A stretch of DNA of 62,994 nt, filler included, from Octopus bimaculoides (Eukaryota), in the NCBI RefSeq assembly GCF_001194135.2. It is 5 parts of 4 records of this genome, joined end to end, with 100 filler letters (N's around TTAATTAATTAA, not from the genome) between each part and the next. Parts side by side here need not be neighbours in the genome. Positions count along the whole stretch, not along the records: positions 15,585 to 37,754 come from NC_068997.1; positions 37,855 to 55,215 come from NC_068982.1; 3 more parts are not named here. One strand, 5' to 3'. The translations under genes were made by a program, and so were the position numbers. The notes beneath the pieces were generated by a model. The model saw only the letters and a program-made list of their open reading frames with translations. It made no database searches and was not told where the DNA came from. Shown one piece after another: positions 35,561-48,987 of this stretch (position 1 is its first letter; every line of letters starts with the position of its first letter).

Positions 35561-35744
35561 ATACGTGGTAATCACCTGGCTGATCGATAAACCCTGATAA
35601 TATCACAATTTTGGTTACTTTTCACAACGAAAATAGAAAAAAAGGGTATATCTTACATTTGAAACTTAAGATTTCTAAATGACTCACAAACCAAGCAATT
35701 TTGAAGAGATGGGTGGGGTAAACGATATTGTGAACTCCAGTTCT

Positions 35745-35878
35745 TGGTTGAGAATATACATTATCGAGCCCCGAAAGGATGAAAGGCAAAGTTGACCTGG
35801 GTGGGATTTGAACGAAAAAAAAAGTCAAAAGAAATGCCACAAAGACTGTTCACGGTGCTCTAACGATTTGCCAAGTCA
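35745..35878 (-). mobile_element. SINE B, diverged partial
   Basis: TTATCGAGCCCCGAAAGGATGAAAGGCAAAGTTGACCT..GGATTTGAAC. Confidence 0.75.
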
Positions 35879-36649
35879 TCATAACACTAAACTAATCATA
35901 CAATAAGAATTGACACATACATGAATATACACGAACGTTACTAAAGAAGTGTCATCATAATATGTGTCATCATAAAACGTTGCTTGTCGTGTATATGAGT
36001 GTGTCTATCTATACATACATACACACACACACACACATATATATATATGCATACATATATACATATGTACATTTTTGTTTTCGTTTACAGATTATAACTT
36101 CAATGCACAAATACACCCGTACATGCAATACGCGTGTTACACATACAAAGATATTTGCACATATACATGCGTACAAACACACATATAAACATACGTACAT
36201 ACGTATACATATAAATTCATGCAAACATGTAATCAGGCATGCCAAACTAGTTCACATATCCGATATACGCGGGGCGCAAAAATACATGTACATTCACGAA
36301 TATATAACAATATACACACAATGAAATACAAAAAATATACACACGTATTATCAGTCAGTTAAAAACATTGTCTTTAAATAATTTAGAAATTCCTTTCATG
36401 TTTTATCAAGCCTGAATCTCCAGAGACTTTGTAACCATGGCAATTTTTTCTCCTCTTTTGTTTTTCGTTTGTTTCTGGTTTTTTTTTTTTCTTTGGAATA
36501 ACAATTCTTAGTAACAATGAACAAGTGACATCTCGCACATTGGTGGCAATTTGACATTAGTGACTGACATTGCCGACAATTTTTTTCCGTGTATAAATTT
36601 AACAGTTGCGGCAACTTTTGTAAATATCAATAAATATAACGACAGACTA

Positions 36650-37093
36650 AGACAGCGAGCTGGCAGAACCGTTAGCACGCTGGGCAAAATGCTTAACGGC
36701 CTTTCGTCCCTCTTTACCGTCTGAGTTCGAATTCCGCCGAAGTCGTCTTTACTTTTTATCCTTTCGCAGTCGATAAAATAAGTACAAGCTGANNNNNNNN
36801 NNNNNNNNNNNNNNNNNNNNNNNNNNNNNNNNNNNNNNNNNNNNNNNNNNNNNNNNNNNNNNNNNNNNNNNNNNNNNNNNNNNNNNNNNNNNNNNNNNNN
36901 NNNNNNNNNNNNNNNNNNNNNNNNNNNNNNNNNNNNNNNNNNNNNNNNNNNNNNNNNNNNNNNNNNNNNNNNNNNNNNNNNNNNNNNNNNNNNNNNNNNN
37001 NNNNAAGCTGAGCACTGAGGTCGATATAATCGACTTACTCCTTCCTCCTCCCACCACCAAACTGCTGGCCTTGTGATAAAATTTGAAACCAAT
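36650..37093 (+). mobile_element. SINE B spanning an N gap
   Basis: GCGAGCTGGCAGAACCGTTAGCACGC head before the gap. GCACTGAGGTCGATATAATCGAC ... AAATTTGAAACC tail after it. Confidence 0.88.
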
Positions 37094-37099
37094 ATATAG

Positions 37100-37220
37100 C
37101 AGGATAGAGACATCCATGTGTAATCCTGCGATGGTCTGGCGTGCCGTTCCATCTAAGAGAGGGAATATATACGTCACAGAATTTGGGAAACCATCTTTAC
37201 AAACCTATGGCTCGCGAAAA
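37100..37220 (+). mobile_element. SINE C 3' fragment
   Basis: CCTGCGATGGTCTGGCGTGCCGTTCCA..GGGAATATATACG matches 1490-1520 and 30018-30085. Confidence 0.55.
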
Positions 37221-37242
37221 TTCTTTGATCCGTTTTGATATA

Positions 37243-37530
37243 TACAGAGTGATTCAAAAGTCTCCATACATAGGAAAAAATTATTTTTTTATATGAAACG
37301 GTTTATATGATCCCCCAGATCCCCTGATCTGACCCCTCTTGATTTCTATATTTGGGAGCATTTGAAAGGCATGGTGTATCGCGAAAAGGTTAAAAACATA
37401 AATTATTTGAAGGAACTTATCACAAACTCATTTGCACAAGTATCACCAGATGTGCTATTACGAGTGGGGTAAATGTATTGCAATGTGAATTGAAAACAAT
37501 GGTAACCATATAGAGCCTGTTAAATAAATA
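37243..37530 (+). mobile_element. Internally deleted Tc1/mariner-superfamily element (left TIR fused to transposase C-terminus)
   Basis: TA followed by CAGAGTGATTCAAAAGTCTCCATACAT (TIR-like). 37311-37470 reads SPRSPDLTPLDFYIWEHLKGMVYREKVKNINYLKELITNSFAQVSPDVLLRV (WPPRSPDLxPLD motif). Confidence 0.8.
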
Positions 37531-37707
37531 AAAAACTGGGTAATGAAGCAACTGGAAACTCCTCATCGAAACCGACGGAGGATCCCAATTTTTTATATGT
37601 ATGGTTGTATGATTACGTGTATGTTTGTGTGTAAGCATTAATGTGCGCATGTATGAATAAACTATTACACAGTTTCAATGGTAATTACAAAGGAAGAGAG
37701 AGGTAGG

Positions 37708-37754
<47 letters not shown>

Positions 37755-38372
37755 NNNNNNNNNNNNNNNNNNNNNNNNNNNNNNNNNNNNNNNNNNNNTT
37801 AATTAATTAANNNNNNNNNNNNNNNNNNNNNNNNNNNNNNNNNNNNNNNNNNNNTTTTTTTTCTTATGGGTTTTTTCACGCTGACTACTTGATAAATTCT
37901 TATAAAGATTTTATCCTATATTATATTATAAATAATTAGAATATATTCAGTGCTGAATATTATTCTGTAAAAGCACGTGTTACCGAGATGCAATTTTGAA
38001 AAAGCGCGCCTCTTTCATGGATATATAGGGATGAACAGAAGTCATCGTACTGTGTTGGGTACATCGGGGTATGTTGATTTTTGTTTATTCTTTATGTGTC
38101 TCGACCATACGTGCACTGATGAATAAAATATGCAGCTTACTACATAGTTTTTGCTGTATTAATTATGAAAGTAGTGATTTGCCGTTAAGTTAAATGTTTT
38201 TAGGAGGTAGATTTTGAAAAATTGCATTCCCTCGCTTTCAGTAAATATGTGCATATTTTTTGGTAGTTTTGACTTATTTAGTCCCTCTAAGCGTGAGACA
38301 TTATTATATAGTAACGCCCTTATATAAATTATATATATATNNNNNNNNNNAAACATGAAACATTTGTCTTAC

Positions 38373-38435
38373 CTCCAGGAAGAACATTCGATAAATGGAC
38401 AATCCAGAATCGGATAATGCAGGACCAGTTTCTAA
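38373..38435 (-). CDS. Candidate 63-nt exon (phase 0: LETGPALSDSGLSIYRMFFLE; phase 1: xRNWSCIIRFWIVHLSNVLPG)
   Basis: Strong donor GAG|GTAAGA and acceptor ..GTATTTGAACAG|. Length divisible by 3. No homology recognised. Confidence 0.25.
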
Positions 38436-38557
38436 CTGTTCAAATACGTTTGTCAACGTAAATTTGATCAGACTTCATCAGTTGCATTTACCTAGGCAAT
38501 ATTTCAAATGTTGCCACATCAATGCCAGTTCACTCACCTAAACGCTTAACCGTTAAC

Positions 38558-38630
<73 letters not shown>
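38558..38630. repeat. (GATA)n microsatellite
   Basis: Direct inspection. Confidence 0.97.
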
Positions 38631-38999
38631 TACATATACATACACATATATTCGTATTAATATTTCGCTTAGTTATTGTGATACTAATAACCTGGTGCAT
38701 AACTCAATATATACGTGTTTGTATGATTCTGTTAGTCGAGTACACAGTGGTAATAAGGAAAAAGATGACAAAGGAATAAACGATTACTTTACGAACTTCA
38801 TTAGCTGCCAGCTGTCTCCCCTGTAAGATGCGGTGTACTCATAGTTGACTGCCTGAGAACACCTTATAGTTTCATCAGAGCCTCAAACATGAAATGCAAT
38901 TCATGTGGGAAAATGGTGTGTGTGTGTGTGTGTGTGTGTGTCTGTGTGTGTCTGTGTGTGTGCGTGTGTGTGTATGTGTGTGCGTGTGTGTGTGTGTGT

Positions 39000-39205
39000 G
39001 TCCGTGTTTGTCCCACACCACCGCTTAACAACAGTTGTTGCATTTGGTGTGTTTACGGGGCCGTAAACTAGCGATTCAACAAAAGGGTACGATAGAATGA
39101 GTACTAAGCTGAGAAATAAGTACCACGCTCGATTCAGTCGACTGCAAGTCATCAATGTATTGCCCGTGCATGGCTGCAGTCTAATACTTAAAAAAATAAC
39201 GGATA
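39000..39205 (+). mobile_element. SINE A, 3' half, diverged
   Basis: GTGTTTGTCCCAC..CCGCTTAACAAC..TGGTGTGTTTACG ... CGATAGAATGAGTACTAAG ... GCATGGCTGCAGTCTAAT. Confidence 0.75.
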
Positions 39206-39699
39206 AAAGATTGTTTCTTGGGAGAGCCATTACGCCAATGATAATAACACACGCACTGGTTTAATTCTACTTCTTTATTGTTAGTCAATTGGTTAAATAT
39301 GTAACTGACTAACTCCTCAAAATATTTGTTTAATGTGCTGGTTATCCAATCAATTGGTTGTTTGTTAATCTAAGTTCTTTTGCTGCTTCTTGCAATCTTT
39401 CCGATGACTTACAGACTTTCCCTCTCGATCCAAGTTGTGTAAGGCCTGGTCTCAGTCTGTCTAAGAATTGGTCTAATGTCTGTGTGTATGCATGCTTCAA
39501 TGCGTGCGTGAATGGTTGTGCGTGTACGCTCGTGTAATCGCTTGCATATTTGTTTATGCGTTTCTGGTCTGTATATTCACTAACTATGTGACCTCTTTAA
39601 GGGATCGGTCATTTGTTCTAAGTTCGGTCTCATATCTGCTGAAGATTTATGGGTTAAGGATGTTGTTCATTATGTTGGGAGGAGGAGAGGAAAGATGAG

Positions 39700-40236
39700 A
39701 ACGGGTAGGTGTGTGTTAGAGCATCGGCCTATGCGTGTGTGTGCGAACATCTACCAGCGCGTATATGTGTGTGAGAGAGCGTGTGTGTGCGCGCATGCAA
39801 GTATACGATCTACTGTGTGTGTTCGGTGGTTTTGTCGGTTCTGTGTGTGAGTCTGTCTTTATGTGTGTGTAATTGTGTGACTGTATTGTTATTTGAGTAT
39901 ATTCCAGGATGTGTGTATGTGTATCTAGCAGTTTTTTGTGCGCATACTAGCATGAGTTCGTTCTTGTATGAATGTGTGTGTTACTGTCGACACGCGCGCG
40001 CGCGTGTATGTGTGTATCAGGCAGTTTTTGGAATAGATACGCATCTGTGTATATGCTAGTGTCCCTGTGTGTGTGTAAGTGTTTCCTCGTAAGTTCATGT
40101 GTGCGCGGGCGTGTGCACGTGTGCCTTTGCATATATATGCGTGTACGCGCGCGTGTGTCTGCCCATGTCTTTGCGTGTGTGTTTGTACGTGTGTTTTCGT
40201 GGTGTGTGCGCATTCAGACGCGTGTTCTCATGTTTC

Positions 40237-40267
<31 letters not shown>

Positions 40268-40720
40268 GTGTCTATGTGTGCGTGTATCTGTTTGTCCGTC
40301 CGTGACACGTCTGGCTGTATATTGTTGTGTATAGCTGAATATGGTTATGTATGGTTGTGTATAGAAACTGTTCATATACATGCCTTTATTCGTATGGATT
40401 CGCTTGTATCTCTCTGTCATATCTCCTTCCTTATCTACACGTACCCATGCCTACATGTGTGCACATGCGCTCGTGTGCGCGTCGAGCTTAGATATGGTTG
40501 GATATGTATTGGAATTGTACGTATTTACATATATTTATTTGTATGCGTTTACACACATTTTGCAGTCGTTCCTTATATGTATATGTGTGTGTGTTTGTGT
40601 ATACATATAATGTATATATTGTATGCATCTATATATACAGATAGATGTAAGTATGTACATTCATGTATGTATATGTGCATATACTCATTTATTAATTGTA
40701 TTATATATATATATATATGC
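39700..40720. repeat. Long degenerate (GT)/(GC)/(AT) dinucleotide field
   Basis: Purine-pyrimidine alternation throughout. The ORFs it produces are C/V/Y-rich artefacts. Confidence 0.85.
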
Positions 40721-41198
40721 ACCTTAACTCCGAATCGGTACTGTGAGTCTATGTTCATCTTTTTATCAATATCTTATTCAATCCCCTTTTTTTCCCTCTT
40801 CTCTCTTTTTCTTTTTTTACTTTTTTTACATGTCCTTTTGTCTGTTCCCCTGCTTTCTTTCTTTCTTACTCTTATGCTCACAATATTTTTCTGTAGCATT
40901 TACTTCATAGATTATCTCATTTTTAAAATAGTTTTAGCAATTTGCACGCACATCTTCCTCTGATTTCTTTGTCGCTTTCTTTTCTTTTATTCTCTCTCTT
41001 TCACGTTTATTTTCTCACTCTTTTTTGTCTAATCTTGCCCTCTTTCATTTTTTTCGTACAATCCTTTTCTGTATCTTTTTCTCTCTATTTTACTCTCTTT
41101 CCCTCTCTCCGTCACACATCGCAACAGCATCTACCCCAAACCAACAGCAACGCTAGCACCTCTCACTATAACAACATCAACTCTATTGCAAACAATTT

Positions 41199-41245
<47 letters not shown>

Positions 41246-41358
41246 TTNNNNNNNNNNTTTCCCTCTCTCCGTCACACATCGCAACAGCATCTACCCCAAA
41301 CCAACAGCAACGCTAGCACCTCTCACTATAACAACATCAACTCTATTGCAAACAATTT

Positions 41359-41405
<47 letters not shown>

Positions 41406-41461
41406 TTCTTCCACCTCCTCCTCCTGCTACTACTACTACTTAGTAGTAGTCTAATTTTACT

Positions 41462-41499
<38 letters not shown>

Positions 41500-44400
41500 A
41501 ATCGACAATTTCCATTGCAAACATAAGTGCAACCTGCACTGCAACATTAAATAACACAATTGTACCAAACCAACACTATAAAAATCGCTGCATATAATCG
41601 TCACGATGTCAGATTATAGTCGTAAAAGGTGCATCTAGTTTACCATGCAGAAAATGTTTAAGATCATTTCGCAATTTTATCAATTTTTACTCAACTCGTT
41701 CGTTTCAAACAAGATTTTATCCGCTTGTTCTGCCTGTACAAATAACCCGGCGTGACTCATACACTGGATTCGTGAAGAGTTGAAGCAGAGGCCAATATAT
41801 CAGTCTCTATAACATCTACCCCACCCAACTACGTCTCTTAAACAACTGTTGAAGAGACAAAAATGGCAGCTCGTTTCTCAAAGGTTGCATTGATGTTCAG
41901 AAGATATACTGCTGCTATTTGATTATCGATTTCGCAATCGATCTACTGTGTCTACGAAAATGACAAGCCTTGTTGGCCTAGTAAAAGAAAGAACACTCAG
42001 TGTTTTTATGAACATAAATGATTGTGCAGATAAAAATCATAGATATTTTTATAGAGATTTTATCTCTTCCCTCACTCACCAAAATCATAATAAAATTAAT
42101 TATTTAAATAGAATTGTTTTGACATCAGTAGTTGATTAACTGATAGGCTACAAAATACAGCATCAGAGGTTCAGATTTCTCCTGTGCTAAGGATTTATTG
42201 TATGAAGTGAAACCTCTGTTATCGATTATGCCGTATATCAAAAGAAAATTCTTGCAAAATAAGGAAATAGAGTTGAAATATCTTCAGAATATTGCTAGAA
42301 AACAGTCTCTTGCCTACAGAAAATGTAAATCGATGATATTAGCGAGGAGATTTCAAATCAGAATCTAGAAAACAAAACAGGAAAAAAATATGCTGTCAGT
42401 TTCATCTTCATTTCTCATCTCTAACACATTTAATTATTAACAGTTCAGACGGAGGGATTTAATGAGAAAATTACTGCCAAATATATGTATTATATCTAAC
42501 GATAAATACTTATTACAATATTCCGGACTGTAAGATAAAGGATCATCGATAAAATTTCCAAATATGACCGGATATTACCTTTGCGAAAGATCGAAATGTC
42601 AATACAAATTACTCTTCACACAACAACTTGTCAGTTATTCAAATTCTTCAACAATATTACCCTGCAGTTAAAATCTAATTCTAGTATGTGAATGAACTTA
42701 GATGGCTTGTTGAATAATATAGTATATATTATTTCTTACTTACAATTAAGGATTTAGATTTACAGTGGAAAGGAATAGTAATGTAGGATTTTCGAGCCTT
42801 GAGAAATTAAATGAAGTTAATTCGCTTCACCCAAGAATAAAAAAAAAAACCCGCCTGTGGACTGGAATTGTTGAAATGTTATCTCTTGCTATATGCTGCT
42901 CGCCACCCTGAGAATACACATTAATATCATAGATAAAACCAGTAGAGCTCTAGGAAAAGTAGAGTTGAAGTGGAATATTTCTTGCTTGGCTACCTCTTTA
43001 ATAACATACGGCATGCCAAATATATCAATTTAGCAATATAATTTATATGTGCATTCAATGAAGATATATATAATTTATTATGTGAATTTTTCAATAATTA
43101 TCTATTTAACAAAGAAATATATAAGATTCAAAGTTATAAAATATTGAAAAAATATTATTTAAATGACGGAATTTAGATAATGAAGAAATGGAAATATAAC
43201 AAATTATGGAATTAGCGTGTGGGCATATGCATATATGTATGTAGGAGAGTGAGTGGTCATCTTTGAAAAGCTACCACTCGTAGAAAGGAGTATATTGCAT
43301 TCAGTTCATTTTTCTTGAAAAGTAAAACGCCATCGTTTCAAATATTTATCTTTCATCAGAAATACAACCTATTGTGTTAATACCACCATTATAATAAAGT
43401 GAAAGAGAAAAGAAAGAGGTGAACAAGTAATATGGAATGATAAGGCTGAGAAGACAGAGAGGAAAAGATGAGTGTGAGAAGTGTGGAAGTTGGTTTGAGA
43501 AGTGTAAGAGAGGAACAATATAGAAAAAAGTAAAATGGGGGTGGGGATATTTGAAGTTTGTAACAAAAGCTAAGTCGGTTGAAATAGCAGCAGGTGATTA
43601 GAGTTAAGTAAATTGAATAAAATGATAGGTGCAAGTGAAGAGTAAGGAGGACGGTAACCAAAAGAATATCTACAAAGTAAAAGAGACGCCAACCAAAGTG
43701 TGAGCCGGAAGAGGTGGGGAGAAGAGTCGCAGGAGAGAAACTAAATAATGAAATTCGAAGAGTGTTAAGTATTGTAAAATATCTATTAAAAGAAAAACAG
43801 AATAAGGTCCTTCTCCTCCAAATTTTCTTTCCTAAATACGCTGGTGTTTTAGTTTGTGACATTCGAATAGCTATTTTAATGATGTGAGTCTACAATGTAT
43901 AGATTTCTTGTAATAGTTTCTGTTTTTAAGAACATTTTGCCTCCAATTATGTACTCTTTTTAATAATTACATTTAAATGTAACATCCTAGTGATAATAGT
44001 AAATGATCAGAGTTGAAGATCATTTTGGCCGTTTTACCTCAGAGTAACTCTCTAAGTGTATAGAGCAATGAGACTACCAGCTTGTAGCCGCTGGAGACGT
44101 TATAAATTACAGGTAAATTTCTCTCGTCTTACACCCTACCGTCTTATAAAACAAGAATAGTGGGTAATATAGTCTCACTTCACCCTGTATAGAAAATATT
44201 GAGATGATTACGGCTGTAATATCTTTGAGCATAGGTCTGTTTGATCAGGACTAATCGAAGGACCGCAAAAAAAGTGTATAATTTAAATAGATATCTATAA
44301 AAATGCTTTTATTTCGAAAATATCTTTAGTTTACGTGAAAAATACTTCAGACTTGCTTCTTCAGAAAATTATATACAGCTATAAAAGTTTCTGAACAAAA

Positions 44401-45576
44401 ACGTCCTTTTAAGAAAGGAACTGAACTTATGGAAACCAGTTGAATAATCCAAATGCGATTGAAAGAATTCCTTTTAAGAAAAGAAGATAAATTTTCCGAA
44501 GCAAAACAGTTTCTTAGCATTATATCTGACTTTTAAAGAAAAGTTCTGTGTTGTAAATGAGTTGTTAGATTTTCGGCAAAGAAACATGCAGAAAAACCCA
44601 GTGTTGCTATTATTAAGATTATATCTAAAACAACATCGGAACTTTATATATCATATAAGATAATTCAATGTTACTCTTTGAAGAAAGACATAAGAGAAGT
44701 TTATCCCTTTGGAGTGTTTGTTGGGTTTGCATTAAGATCTGTAACTTTATATAAAGCTATAATTATTCAGGTAAATTTATTCGCCTTCAAATCTATCGAT
44801 GACTGTCGAAAACTGCTCAAAACAGCCTTAATCTTGATGTGTAACAGTTGTATAAAGAAGATTATACTTGTCACGATGAAGTATTACATATCATGTAGAG
44901 AAAATCCCCAAAGTTCAACAAGTTAACACTGGTAAACTTCTCCCATTCCACCATATTTATTCTACCTGTCATGTATTGATTTTAACGTCCTTAAATGTCA
45001 AGGTAATTGCATAAAAGTAAACATGGTCTGAACTTATATAAAAATTCATTAATTTTCTCTAGTCTTCGTCTATGGTGATTAAATATCCCTGTTTAAATCT
45101 TTGATGGAAAAGAAAATGAAAGCACAGACCTTGAGATCAACAAACAACTGTAAATATTTCAGTCTTCAAGTAATAATAAACAATGTTTTCCTTCCATCGG
45201 ATCTGTCAAGATCATGAAGTTAGTATACTAAATAGAACATATGTAGTATTAAGTTCGCTGTTTTATGTTTCTAAGTTCAAAATACCACGGAAGCAGAATT
45301 TTCAATATTTCTAGAAATAAATTTAACATGAAATTAGACATATTGGTGAATGAGAAAAGAAGCAGCATACATGACTTTCGAGAAAACTGTTCATGATATA
45401 ATAGACTTAATTTGTCCGTGAATTCAATATCAATTGGATGCTTTTAGCTACGTCCACACTGTTGCAAGCATTCAGATCACATTTCTGTTCTAAGTGTAAG
45501 TTCTTTCGATAACCACAGGGATATTGAAAAGGGTTGACAGTTGCTGCCCTTCTTCCTGCGCAAAGTAATGAAAAAA

Positions 45577-45715
45577 GCGCTAATAGCACCGTTCGCACGC
45601 CGGGAAAATGCTTAGCGGCATTTCATCCGCCTCTACGTTCTCAGTTCAAATTCTGCCGAGGTCAATGTTCAAGGCGGTGCCCAGCATGGTCACAGTCTAA
45701 TGATTAATACCACTA
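45577..45715 (+). mobile_element. Chimeric SINE: family B head joined to family A 3' end
   Basis: GCACGCCGGGAAAATGCTTAGCGGCATTTC..GTTCAAATTCTGCCGAGGTCA (B) followed directly by TTCAAGGCGGTGCCCAGCATGGTCACAGTCTAATGA (A). Confidence 0.75.
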
Positions 45716-47156
45716 AAAAGCTAAATATANNNNNNNNNNNNNNNNNNNNNNNNNNNNNNNNNNNNNNNNNNNNNNNNNNNNNNNNNNNNNNNNNNNNNNN
45801 NNNNNNNNNNNNNNNNNNNNNNNNNNNNNNNNNNNNNNNNNNNNNNNNNNNNNNNNNNNNNNNNNNNNNNNNNNNNNNNNNNNNNNNNNNNNNNNNNNNN
45901 NNNNNNNNNNNNNNNNNNNNNNNNNNNNNNNNNNNNNNNNNNNNNNNNNNNNNNNNNNNNNNNNNNNNNNNNNNNNNNNNNNNNNNNNNNNNNNNNNNNN
46001 NNNNNNNNNNNNNNNNNNNNNNNNNNNNNNNNNNNNNNNNNNNNNNNNNNNNNNNNNNNNNNNNNNNNNNNNNNNNNNNNNNNNNNNNNNNNNNNNNNNN
46101 NNNNNNNNNNNNNNNNNNNNNNNNNNNNNNNNNNNNNNNNNNNNNNNNNNNNNNNNNNNNNNNNNNNNNNNNNNNNNNNNNNNNNNNNNNNNNNNNNNNN
46201 NNNNNNNNNNNNNNNNNNNNNNNNNNNNNNNNNNNNNNNNNNNNNNNNNNNNNNNNNNNNNNATATATATATATATACACCGAGCAATAAACGCATAGAT
46301 TCCGGAATAGTTATCTCGCTTTTAACATCGAACACTGGAAAATACGCGCTACGATCTGACAACGTGAGACCAAGTCTTTCGTATTATATTCCTGTCAAAG
46401 TACTGTGACTGGTTGCACTAATCGGTGGCCCGAGCATAATAAAATATGGTTTAGAAGTGCTAAGCAGTGATGTGTATAAATGTAAAGTTGTTACCAATTC
46501 AAACATGCTTGAGACATATTTGTGCCTATAAGAAAACTATATTTTTTCACGGAGAAAAATTCTTGCTGTAGACAAATATGTGTAAGCACAGCGAAATCGC
46601 TCGAAGCAGATTTCATTGTTAATATAAAATGACTGACATCTAGAAACTGATTTTGATAGATTCAAGGTAAATTTGCTATAAAATGGACCTAATTATATCT
46701 CCATAACTCACTGAAAATTCATAGTCTCAATTAATCAAAAAATTGCTAAATTTTTTAAAACATATATAATGAAAAATATCGAATTTACTTTTAGGGATGC
46801 TAATTTGTATAATATGCTTTAATTGTTCGATAATTTATATATCAAACGGTAAATTAAACTCTTTGTGTTTATTTTTCTTCTTTTTTTTTCATCACTATAA
46901 GCAGTAAACATCAGTCAATCAAGTGAAGCTAGACTAATAAAATTTAAAATAGAATTAAAATACTACAATAAATATAACGATTATGGATATAAAAATGACC
47001 ATAATTTTACGTATGGATATTAGGAATTAAAATACTATTAACATAAATAGAACATAAACGTAAAGGTGTTAATCAAGAAAGGAAATTGAGTATAAGGATT
47101 TAATATAGTAGAAAGGCCATGAGGCGACTAATTGGCGGAGTCGTGTAGGTTATTTT

Positions 47157-47343
47157 AAGGCGGTGAGCTGGCAGAATCGTTAGCACTCCGGGCAAAGTGC
47201 TTAACTGCATTTCGTTCGTTTTTACGTTCTGAGTCTAAATTTCGCCGATGTTGACTTTGCCTTTCATACTTGCGATCGATAAAATAAGTACTACTCACTT
47301 CCTTCGAAAATTGCTGGCCTTGTTCCAAAATTCGAAACCGATA
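47157..47343 (+). mobile_element. SINE B
   Basis: AAGGCGGTGAGCTGGCAGAATCGTTAGCAC ... GATAAAATAAGTAC ... CTGGCCTTGTTCCAAAATTCGAAACC. Confidence 0.88.
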
Positions 47344-48029
47344 TAGTAGTGACTGAATATTGTGAAGTACAGGCGCTTTAATGGCTTTTAGTTGCAAAAC
47401 TTATAGTGAATTTACTGCACTCGGATACGAAACTGTATATACAGCTCTGCATGTCTGCTCTGTGTAAATCTTAATACATTACGATGCTTTCAGACTTTAG
47501 CTGCAAATATCCTCAATTATCACATTTCAAAAAAAAGGTAAAGTTTTTTGTTTATACAGATACGACTATGTAGGCATTTTCTGTTTTAAAGTATAATTTA
47601 TCTAGCCGCTAATTCGACTGTCTATACTTTAAGTTTCCTAACATTCAACATTCTTAACTTATATAAATGCTTTGAATAAACATTATTCCATTTAATAGCT
47701 AAGATTACCTTAGCGCTGACCCACAGAGATCAATAAACGATCAATACCTCATAAAGTAAAAGGACCCACTAATTCTCTCAACATTATGTTATATCTTATC
47801 TCACAAAAGGCATTATCTTAATTTACAAACCAGAGACAGATAGCCTGATGTCACATATGACACTGCTAGAACCAATTTCCTTCTCGCTGATCCCATAAAA
47901 AGAGTTTTCTATCCCCTGGTAAGCCTACTTTCTCTTTACGCCATGGCTAAATACAATACGATCTTTTTCCATTTGATTTTTAAAATGTTATTAAATAACC
48001 ATTAGTACATGACAAGGTCCCCCATTCAG

Positions 48030-48180
48030 CTCACACACACTGTTCTATGTATGTATGTATGTATGTATGTATGTATGTATGTATGTATGCATGCATGCAT
48101 GCATGTATGTATGTATGTATGTATGTATGCATGCATGTATGCATGTATGTATGTATGTATGTGTGTGTGTATGTATGAAT
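48030..48180. repeat. (TATG)n/(TGCA)n microsatellite
   Basis: Direct inspection. Confidence 0.95.
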
Positions 48181-48269
48181 GCATGTATTGATTTTTTTTT
48201 TTATCCTTTCATTATATTTCTTGATTTTAGTTCTCACTATCGACACCTTGCTTCTCTACAAGAATATGC

Positions 48270-48360
48270 AGTTCTTCAAATCTCTACTTCTCTGGAATTT
48301 GCTTCCAGTCATGAATTCCTATAGAATGCCAATTCTTTTACACTTCAAAGCAAATATTTA
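48270..48360 (+). mobile_element. Possible LINE (CR1/L2/Jockey-like) 3' coding relic
   Basis: FFKSLLLWNLLP..SY..LLHFKANI resembles the 'FFxRTxxLWNxLP...SFK' C-terminal motif of such LINEs. Short and diverged. Confidence 0.3.
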
Positions 48361-48793
48361 TTATTTTCTGACTTGGCACAATGTCAGACCCGTGATTAGT
48401 GTGAGGGATATATACTAGATACACCCGTCCTCTATATATTTTTGGTAGTTATTTTATCCAATCCAGGCAGATAAAATCCCCATTAGGATTCGACCTGAGA
48501 AGCAAACAGGAACAACTGGAATAACAGTAAATCAAGTGATCTAACTTTTCTACAACTTCATTTCTTACTTTCTTTTGCATTTTTTTTCTTATTGAAAAAT
48601 GTTAACTAGAATAAACCCTCCAACGTATGATGTGGTTCCCACCCACGAAACCACATCATAAATTATAATATAGCCCTCCTAAAATAAATCGTGAAAGCTT
48701 GAAGATAATATTTGTTCACATATTCTATTCACACGCCCATACCCTATAGTTATACAACTTTTTCACCTCATACTCTCATCTTATCTCTCTCTT

Positions 48794-48841
<48 letters not shown>

Positions 48842-48922
48842 ATACAAATTTACACATATATACATAATCACACTCACAAACACATGTAAATATAAATGTA
48901 CGATAAGTACATACATATGCAT

Positions 48923-48987
<65 letters not shown>

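Noticed and set aside
41098-41407. Perfect 150-bp tandem duplication (41098-41247 and 41258-41407)
   Set aside because: The copies are identical and separated by a 10-N gap, ending in (CTA)n. Most likely unmerged overlapping contig ends.
44684-47917. Plus-strand candidate exons 44684-44770 (KDIREVYPFGVFVGFALRSVTLYKAIIIQ), 45447-45494 and 47843-47917
   Set aside because: Good donors but mediocre acceptors, and no recognisable product. Expected by chance at this sequence length.
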